Shown here in pieces: positions 8,401-17,092 of a stretch of 17,092 nt of DNA. The translations under genes were made by a program, and so were the position numbers. The notes beneath the pieces are model-generated. The model saw only the letters and a list, made by a program, of their open reading frames with translations. It ran no database searches and was not told the DNA's origin. Positions within the stretch are counted from its first letter, which is position 1. Each line of letters begins with the position of its first letter. This DNA is from Polyangiaceae bacterium (GTDB taxonomy: Bacteria; Myxococcota_A; Polyangia; Polyangiales; Polyangiaceae): NCBI GenBank assembly GCA_044222475.1, contig JBGANF010000156.1, positions 1-17,092 of the forward strand, written 5' to 3'.

Positions 8401-8973
8401 ATGCGACGCCCCGTTTCCGTGATCCTCGTTGCCGCCGCGCTTCCTTTCGTGACGGCTGCCTGCTCCAAGCTGACCGCGCCTCCCTCCCCCGAGCCGATCG
8501 CGTCCGACATGACGACGACCGCGGCGTCGGTCTCGGCCAAGCCTGCAGCGACCCAGACCGCGCCGGCCCCTGCGCCGACCCAGACCGCCCCCGAGCCGGA
8601 GGCGAAGCTCGGCATCGAAGACACGGTCGTCGGCAAGGGTGACGGCGTGAAGGACGGCGACACGATCACGGTCCACTACGTGGGCACCTTCCCCGACGGG
8701 AAGAAGTTCGACGCGTCGAAGGACCACCCGGCGATGCCGGCGATGGGCGGCCGCCCGGCGATGCCGGCGGGGGCGCCGTTCACGTTCACCGTCGGTCAGC
8801 AGAACGTCATCAAGGGCTGGGATCAGGGGGTCATCGGGATGAAGGTGGGCGGCAAGCGCAAGCTCACCGTGCCGTACCAACTCGCCTACGGTGAGCGCGG
8901 CCGGGAGCCCGCGATTCCTCCGAAGGCGACGCTCCTCTTCGAGATCGAGCTCCTCAAGATCGAGAAGAAGTAG
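8401..8973 (+). CDS. FKBP-type peptidyl-prolyl cis-trans isomerase, predicted lipoprotein
   Basis: Lipoprotein-like signal (...FVTAA|C), Pro/Ala/Thr linker, FKBP motifs GDTITVHYVGT, GKKFD, VIKGWDQG, MKVGGKRKL, LAYG, IPPKATLLFEIEL. Confidence 0.95.
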   Translation: MRRPVSVILVAAALPFVTAACSKLTAPPSPEPIASDMTTTAASVSAKPAATQTAPAPAPTQTAPEPEAKLGIEDTVVGKGDGVKDGDTITVHYVGTFPDGKKFDASKDHPAMPAMGGRPAMPAGAPFTFTVGQQNVIKGWDQGVIGMKVGGKRKLTVPYQLAYGERGREPAIPPKATLLFEIELLKIEKK

Positions 8974-9345
8974 ATGGCAGGTAGCAAGACCATCCTCGTG
9001 GTCGAGGACGACGAGTCGGTTCGCGCCCTCGTTGCGAAGCAGCTCGCGAGCGAGTACAACGTGTACCAAGCGCCCGAAGCGCAGAGCGCGTTGCAGCTGC
9101 TCGGCACGATCCGCCCGCCGGACCTCATCGTCTGCGACGTGATGATGCCCGGCATGACCGGCATCCAGTTCGCCAAGCACCTCAAGGGGATCGACGCGTA
9201 CAAGCAGATCCCGATCATCTTCCTCACCGCGAAGACGGGCGCGCTCGACGTCATCGAAGGGATCAACGCCGGCGCTCGGCACTACATCACCAAGCCCTTC
9301 AACATGAAGGAGCTGCTCGAGAAGGTGGCCAAGGCCATCAAGTAG
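8974..9345 (+). CDS. Single-domain (CheY-like) response regulator
   Basis: ILVVEDD, PDLIVCDVMMPG (phospho-Asp), IIFLTAK, YITKPF; 123 aa. The ATG directly abuts the FKBP stop. Confidence 0.93.
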   Translation: MAGSKTILVVEDDESVRALVAKQLASEYNVYQAPEAQSALQLLGTIRPPDLIVCDVMMPGMTGIQFAKHLKGIDAYKQIPIIFLTAKTGALDVIEGINAGARHYITKPFNMKELLEKVAKAIK

Positions 9346-9355
9346 CGAGCACCGA

Positions 9356-10975
9356 GTGCCGAAGCTCAGCTTCCCTCTGCCCTGGTACACCGCCTACGGG
9401 TTCGCCGTCCTCAGCGGCACGCTGTATTGGCTGTCGTTCCCCGGCATGAACGTGTGGCCGCTCGCGTTCCTCGCGTTCTTGCCGCTGCTGCTCGCGATGC
9501 GCGGGCAGACGCCGCGGCGCTCGCTCTTCCTGGGCCTCGTCGCGGGGCTCACCATGAACCTCCTCGGCTTCTCGTGGCTCACCACCATGCTGAAGACGTT
9601 CAGCGGCTTCCCGCTCCCTCTGTGCCTGCTCTTCGTCTCGATCATCTGCGCGTACCAGGGCGGCCGCATCGCGCTGATGGGGTGGCTCTATGGCCGCGCG
9701 CGGATGCTCGGGTGGCGTGCGCCGCTCGTCGCGTTCGGTGCGTTCGCCGCGAGCGAGCTGCTCTACCCGCTGCTCTTCCCCTGGTACTTCGGCGCAGCGG
9801 TTCACAACGCCCACGCGCTCGCCCAGATGGCCGACATCGGCGGGCCGATCCTCATCGGCGTCGTGCTCATGGGGCCCTCCGTCGCGATCGACGAGCTCCT
9901 CGCCGCCCGGGTCGAGAAGCGTGCGCCCTACAAGCGCATGGTCGCGATCGCGTTCGCGGCGCCGTTCGTCGCTGCGCTCTACGGCGTCGTGCGCATCCAC
10001 CAGGTCGACGCGGCGGCTCAGGCCGCGCCGCCTCTGCACGTCGGCATCGTGCAGGGGAACATGGGCCTCATCCAAAAGCGCGAGGACTCGGCCGAGGGCC
10101 TGCGTCGTCACGTACGAATGACGGCCGACCTGAAGAAGAAGGGCGTCGAGCTCGTCGTGTGGAGCGAGTCGTCGGTGACGTTCGGCGTCTCCGAGGACAT
10201 CTACAAGTCGTTCTACAAAGGCACCGTCACCAACCAGCTCGGCGGCGTCCCGACGATCTTCGGCGGCGTCATCATCCACGAAGACCCCGACCCCAAGCTC
10301 GAGCGCCTCTACAACACCGCGTTCATCAGCAACTCCAAGGGCGAGATCGTCGGCCGCTACGACAAGGAGTATCTCCTCGCGTTCGGCGAGTACCTCCCCT
10401 TCGGCGACACGTTCCCCATCCTCTACCAGTGGTCACCCAACAGCGGCCGCTTCGCGAAGGGAACCGAGAAGACGCTGCTCGATCTCGAGACGGCGTCGGG
10501 CACGCACAAGATCGCGCCGCTCATCTGTTACGAGGACATCCTCCCCGCGTTCACGAACGACATGGTCGCCGGCACCGACGCGGAGCTCATCGTCAACATC
10601 ACGAACGACGCGTGGTTCGGCGACACCGCCGAGCCGTGGGAGCACCTCGCGCTGGCCACCATCCGGTCGATCGAGCACCGGCGGTACCTCGTGCGCTCGA
10701 CCAACAGCGGCGTCAGCGCCTTCGTCGATCCCGTCGGCCGCGTCATGTCCCACACGAGCACGTTCAAGAGCGAGACCCTCGACGAGACGGTCCACTTGAT
10801 GAAGGGTGCGACGGTGTACGAGTACGTAGGTGACAAGCCGTGGTGGGTGCTGGCCGCGGCGACGGTTTTCTTAGCCTTCCGCCGGCGCCCTGGTACACCG
10901 ACCCAAGCGGTCGAGGCCAAGCCGAAGCCCAAGTCCAAGGGCAAAAAGGCCGATTCTGAATCAACGCCTTCCTGA
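9356..10975 (+). CDS. lnt: Apolipoprotein N-acyltransferase
   Basis: N-terminal multi-TM region, FPW, A.IGG, VQGN, nitrilase-fold triad E (VWSES), K (YDKEYLLAFGEYLP), C (ICYE), NITNDAWFG, RSIE.RR.LVRSTNSGVS, C-terminal TM helix. Confidence 0.96.
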   Translation: MPKLSFPLPWYTAYGFAVLSGTLYWLSFPGMNVWPLAFLAFLPLLLAMRGQTPRRSLFLGLVAGLTMNLLGFSWLTTMLKTFSGFPLPLCLLFVSIICAYQGGRIALMGWLYGRARMLGWRAPLVAFGAFAASELLYPLLFPWYFGAAVHNAHALAQMADIGGPILIGVVLMGPSVAIDELLAARVEKRAPYKRMVAIAFAAPFVAALYGVVRIHQVDAAAQAAPPLHVGIVQGNMGLIQKREDSAEGLRRHVRMTADLKKKGVELVVWSESSVTFGVSEDIYKSFYKGTVTNQLGGVPTIFGGVIIHEDPDPKLERLYNTAFISNSKGEIVGRYDKEYLLAFGEYLPFGDTFPILYQWSPNSGRFAKGTEKTLLDLETASGTHKIAPLICYEDILPAFTNDMVAGTDAELIVNITNDAWFGDTAEPWEHLALATIRSIEHRRYLVRSTNSGVSAFVDPVGRVMSHTSTFKSETLDETVHLMKGATVYEYVGDKPWWVLAAATVFLAFRRRPGTPTQAVEAKPKPKSKGKKADSESTPS

Positions 10976-11002
10976 TTCGTCGAACACTTTCGAGGAGCTC
11001 GT

Positions 11003-11704
11003 ATGAACACTCGCTTGTCCGCTCGCTTCGCTGCCACCGCCGCTGGATTCGGTCTAGCCGCGCTCTCCGCCGCCGCGCTCTTCGGGGCCCAGGGCTGCGT
11101 CGTGACCATCACCGACACGACGGACGGGAGCACCACGTTCGACCAGTTCGTACCGACCGACAGCGGCAAGGACGGCGCCGTCGACTCGGGCGTGAACCAG
11201 TGCAACGCCTGCTCCTACCAGCAGTGCAGCGGCCAGTTCGCGGCCTGTCAGAGCCAGAACGACTGCGCGAGCATCTACCAGTGCGCCACGAAGCCCAACT
11301 GCGACCAGACGTGCGTCAACAACTGCTACGCGTCGTTCCCGAACGGTCAGGCGAACTACCTCGCGCTCGCGTCGTGCAACAAGGTCGCCGGCTGCGGCGT
11401 GTGCTCGAGCCAGTGCAACTACCCGCCGCAGAGCTGCGTGTTCCCGGACGCGGGCGTCGACTCCGGCACGGACGCCGGCAGCACGGTGCAGACCTGCACC
11501 CAGTGCACGAGCTCCAAGTGCTCGGCCGAGAAGACGGCGTGCGGCACCGGTAGCGACTGCGACGCGTACTCGCAGTGCCTCGCGATCTGCACCGACATCC
11601 CGTGCGTCGACGCGTGCGGCCTCGCTCACCCGACGGGCAAGGCGGCCTCGAACGACCTCGGAAACTGCACGCAGACGAAGTGCAAAGTGGAGTGCGGGCT
11701 GTAG
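11003..11704 (+). CDS. Cys-rich lipoprotein with two tandem copies of a disulfide-rich domain
   Basis: GAGGAG RBS; signal peptide ending AQG|C; 27 Cys in total (1 lipobox + 14 + 12); DSG/DAG-rich linkers. Confidence 0.85.
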   Translation: MNTRLSARFAATAAGFGLAALSAAALFGAQGCVVTITDTTDGSTTFDQFVPTDSGKDGAVDSGVNQCNACSYQQCSGQFAACQSQNDCASIYQCATKPNCDQTCVNNCYASFPNGQANYLALASCNKVAGCGVCSSQCNYPPQSCVFPDAGVDSGTDAGSTVQTCTQCTSSKCSAEKTACGTGSDCDAYSQCLAICTDIPCVDACGLAHPTGKAASNDLGNCTQTKCKVECGL

Positions 11705-11778
11705 GGGCCTAGCGATCCGCCAGCGGGAAGAGGCGTCGTGGCAGGATGCGTGCCCTCCTGCCGGCTTGTCAGGTCATG

Positions 11779-11873
11779 GCTCGGGAGTGGGAGTGGGAAG
11801 GGGAATGGAGAAACCCAAGGCTCCAGTTTCCGCGGAACGACGCCCCCTCCCCCTCCCCCTCCCTCTCCCGAGC
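11779..11873. repeat. Imperfect G-rich/C-rich inverted repeat (REP-like) between convergent genes
   Basis: Left arm GCTCGGGAGTGGGAGTGGGAAGGGG; the right arm reverse-complements to GCTCGGGAGAGGGAGGGGGAGGGGG. Outer 9 bp are a perfect match. Confidence 0.7.
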
Positions 11874-11941
11874 GACGCGCTCGCAGCTCGGCACAGGGCA
11901 CGCAAACCGACTCATCCCAAAGGGGGATGTTCGAGGTCCGG

Positions 11942-12595
11942 CTACGGGAGTTTCATCACTTTCTTGAACCGCTTCGCGTCCGCGAACATGTCCACGTTCG
12001 TGAACACGTAGTGCACGAGCTTGTGCTTCGCGCTCTTCGCGAGCTCGGCCAGGCGCTCGATCGCCGGATCTTCGTAGCGGCTCTTGTGGCCCGCCGGGCC
12101 CGGGAGCCGGTAGTACGCGGTCTCGGCCTTGGAGATGCCGTGGGTCAACGGATCGCGCGCGACGATCGCTCCGCTGTCGGCGCAGGCGGACTCGGCGTCC
12201 TTGATGTCCCACGCGAGCGGCGCCTCCCAGACGACGCGATCGAACTTCTTCCGCACGGCGAGCAGGAACTCCTTCACCGCCGCTTTGCTCGCGCGGCCCG
12301 GCGAGAAATCCGGCGGAGCCACGAACACGGCGGTCGTCGCGCCGAGCTCCGTGCCGACGCCCACGAGGTTCTTCAGCGCCGTCTCGGTCACCTTGCCGTC
12401 GCGGAATCCCTCTTGGCCGATCTCGCGCGGGGCGAGCATCGCGAACTCGAAGCCAGGGGGAGCCTCGCGGCGCCAGCGGCGCACGGTCCCGACACCGGGC
12501 AGCGCGATGTTCGTCTCCTGGATCTCCACGAAGGAGAGCTCCTTGAAGAACCGCGTCGCCGGTACGGGAAACCCCGCGCATCCCACCACGATCAT
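11942..12595 (-). CDS. DUF72 (YecE-like) domain protein, divergent
   Basis: MIVVGCAGF, FVEIQET, WRREAPPGFEF, APPDF, DP, YYRLPG, YVFTN follow the DUF72 motif order. Start at ATG 12595 supported by homology start and upstream TGATAGCCT; ATG 12652 is an alternative. Confidence 0.8.
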   Translation of the reverse strand: MIVVGCAGFPVPATRFFKELSFVEIQETNIALPGVGTVRRWRREAPPGFEFAMLAPREIGQEGFRDGKVTETALKNLVGVGTELGATTAVFVAPPDFSPGRASKAAVKEFLLAVRKKFDRVVWEAPLAWDIKDAESACADSGAIVARDPLTHGISKAETAYYRLPGPAGHKSRYEDPAIERLAELAKSAKHKLVHYVFTNVDMFADAKRFKKVMKLP

Positions 12596-12655
12596 CGCGC
12601 CGGAGGCTATCACGTTTCGCCGCCCCGCAACTCGGGGCGCCGGGACGGCCATCGG

Positions 12656-13188
12656 TCAGGGATCCTGCGCCTCGGTCTCGGTCGGCTCCGGGTGGCCCAA
12701 GGCTCGCGCGGCGAGCCGCTGCCCCAACCTGCGCGCAATCGCCCGCAGCGCGTCCGCGCGGCCCGTGAGCTCGGTCGCCGGATCGGCCGGGACCGTCGCC
12801 AGGTCGGACGCGCGCACGTCGCCGGTGTCGACCACGGCGGCGGCGCCGTCTCTCGGGACGACGATGGCGCGCCCAAGGATGCCGAGTCGCGTCGACCGCG
12901 CCCGCGGCGTGCCCGCCGGGGTCGCGGCGATGCCCTCGCTCGACTCGTCGACGCGAAGGACGTCGATCTCGAGCATCGGGAAGCCCTCCCCCGCGGCGAG
13001 CGCGCCCTCGCGGGAGAGGTACTCGCGGGCGCCGTTCTCGACCTCGACCGCGGCAGCGGCGTCGGCGATGGCGACCTTCGAGAGGTGCACGTGCAGCTTC
13101 TCGCTCGGGGTCGCGTACACCGATCGGTACCCGCAGCTCCCGAGGAGCAGCGGGCCGACGGCCAGCAGACCAAGCACCGCGCGGCGCA

Positions 13189-13189
<1 letters not shown>
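12656..13189 (-). CDS. lptE: LptE-like LPS-assembly lipoprotein
   Basis: MRRAVLGLLAVGPLLLGS|CGY lipobox with the CGY start typical of LptE; 177 aa; long C-terminal helix (ALRAIARRLGQRLA); TGATG overlap with the leuS stop, matching conserved leuS-lptE synteny. Confidence 0.65.
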
Positions 13190-15720
<2,531 letters not shown>

Positions 15721-15793
15721 GACGCCTCGTGTGTAGCATCGACGCGCTCGGTCGCGTAGCGCGTGCGCCGTGCGCGCGTGTGGTGCCGCGCGC

Positions 15794-17092
15794 TCAGTCG
15801 TCGCTCGACCACTCGAACACGAAGCCCGGTCCACCGCCGAGGCGGCTGCCGGCGCGCAGCCCGAAGCCGATGAGCGTGCGCTCGTCGTTGACGATGAGGT
15901 AGTCGATGTCGAGCTCGGCCTCGCTGTCGGCCACCGCCTGCGGGCGCTCGAGCAAGCGCACGCGGCCTTGTCCGTCGTTGAAGTAGCCGTCGGCTTCGAC
16001 GTGCTCGACGCGCCCGTAGGCGTGCGGCCCATCGTACGGATCGGCCCACGCGGCGATGCGATCGAGGAACAAGAGGTGCGGCATGTTCACGCTGAGAAAC
16101 GACAGCACGAGCAGGTTGTCGTGCTGCGGGAACTGCACCGTCATGCTCGCCGGCCGATCGGCGCCGCTCGTGTAACGCGCGCGCCCGGCGTTGTGCACGC
16201 TCAAGAGATCGAAGAGCGTGCCCGGGCTGCCGGCGCCGCCGAGGGTCGTCGTCTGTTTGCCCGGGGGTCCCTCGAGATGGAGGCGCACGCTGTCCCCGGT
16301 CGCGAGCGAGAAGTCGCGCAGCGTTTCGGGCGGCGAACGGCGCGCGAAGTCGAGGTCCATGTGGCCCGCGGGGTGGTCCGCGTCGAAGCTCACGTCGCCG
16401 CGCTCGAAGGTGTGCACCTTGCCGCCGAGCGCGAGCTCGCCGTGCGTCACGTCGAGCCGCCCGACGATGCGCGTCTTCTGGCCTTTGCGGATGACGACGT
16501 CGATGCCGCCGTGGGCGTACACGCTCATCGGCGCCTGCAACACGTGCACGTCGTTCGGGATGCGCACCGCGATGTCGAAGCCGCTCTCGGGCTCTTGCGC
16601 CGCGGGCGCGCGAGGGGCGCTGGGGCCGTTCGCGCCGGCGTCGGGCGCGCGCGGCTTCGCGACCGGCAGCTTGCCGAGCGTGACGCCCGGCGCGTCGAGG
16701 TACATCACGTCTCCGACGCTCACCGTGTCCGGTTGATGGGCGCGCTCGAAGCGCTCCGGGATGACGAGCTCGAGCGATTTCACCAGCGCGTCGAGGTGCC
16801 TCACGGGCCGCGACAGATCGCCCGTGACGCTCGCTTCGAGGCTCGCCGCCGCGCGCGGGGCATCCGCGGACCCGAGCTTGTCCGCGCCGAAGAGCAACCA
16901 GTCGTTGACCGAGAGCTCGAGCGCGACGTCGGTCGGCCGGAGCTTCGCGAGCCCGAGATGTCCGTGTGCCGTCAGGGTTCGCGCCGGCGGCTTCGCACCC
17001 GCGGGATTCGTCGCGCCCGCCACGCCGGTGCTCGGCACGCACCCGACGCCGTAGCTCTCCTTCGCGTGCAGATCTTCGAGCGTCACGCCCGT
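15794..17092 (-). CDS. TamB/AsmA-like protein C-terminal region (partial; frame open to the window end)
   Basis: Beta-strand-rich alternating pattern with TamB (DUF490)-like segments (IVGRLDVTHGELALGGKVHTFERGDVSF) and a terminal strand GFVFEW. Assignment is by pattern recall only. Confidence 0.6.
   Translation of the reverse strand, partial: TGVTLEDLHAKESYGVGCVPSTGVAGATNPAGAKPPARTLTAHGHLGLAKLRPTDVALELSVNDWLLFGADKLGSADAPRAAASLEASVTGDLSRPVRHLDALVKSLELVIPERFERAHQPDTVSVGDVMYLDAPGVTLGKLPVAKPRAPDAGANGPSAPRAPAAQEPESGFDIAVRIPNDVHVLQAPMSVYAHGGIDVVIRKGQKTRIVGRLDVTHGELALGGKVHTFERGDVSFDADHPAGHMDLDFARRSPPETLRDFSLATGDSVRLHLEGPPGKQTTTLGGAGSPGTLFDLLSVHNAGRARYTSGADRPASMTVQFPQHDNLLVLSFLSVNMPHLLFLDRIAAWADPYDGPHAYGRVEHVEADGYFNDGQGRVRLLERPQAVADSEAELDIDYLIVNDERTLIGFGLRAGSRLGGGPGFVFEWSSDD

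Noticed and set aside
10860..11002. Local drop in GC at the lnt 3' end as possible foreign DNA
   Set aside because: It is short and explained by a Lys-rich tail plus probable expression signals of the next gene; no mobile-element features.
11783..11869. GGGAGT and CCCCCT tandem units as a CRISPR array or phase-variation tract
   Set aside because: The units are only 6 bp with no unique spacers and no cas genes, and they lie between convergent 3' ends rather than in a promoter or CDS.
15721..16032. Long N-terminal extension of LeuS in the ORF track
   Set aside because: It overlaps the TamB-like gene and has no LeuS-like content; a -10-like motif sits just before ATG 15720.

Overview
High-GC bacterial chromosomal window, most consistent with a myxobacterium (Polyangiaceae-like, inferred from Cys-rich lipoproteins with DAG/DSG linkers and gene content). 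It contains mostly core and cell-envelope genes: partial ruvX/yqgF (-); hisS (+) coupled to a secreted aromatic-rich repeat protein; a minus-strand run of hybrid REC-histidine kinase, fatty acid hydroxylase/sterol desaturase, Cys-rich lipoprotein, M66-like metallopeptidase lipoprotein and cysteine desulfurase; a divergent plus-strand run of FKBP lipoprotein, CheY-like regulator, lnt and a two-domain Cys-rich lipoprotein; and on the minus strand a partial TamB-like gene, leuS, an lptE-like gene and DUF72. I found no mobile element, CRISPR array or structural RNA gene. The main oddities are: (1) a locally scrambled hisS segment whose essential RGLDYY motif is split and partly out of frame (probably an assembly artefact); (2) a protein with about 25 'xP(L/F)(F/Y/W)' repeats; (3) Cys spacing like the violaxanthin de-epoxidase N-terminal domain in a lipoprotein next to lnt; (4) a recurring G(C/A)TA -10-like motif 11-15 nt before start codons, suggesting leaderless or short-leader mRNAs; (5) a REP-like G-rich inverted repeat. 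No complete novel system can be established from sequence alone.
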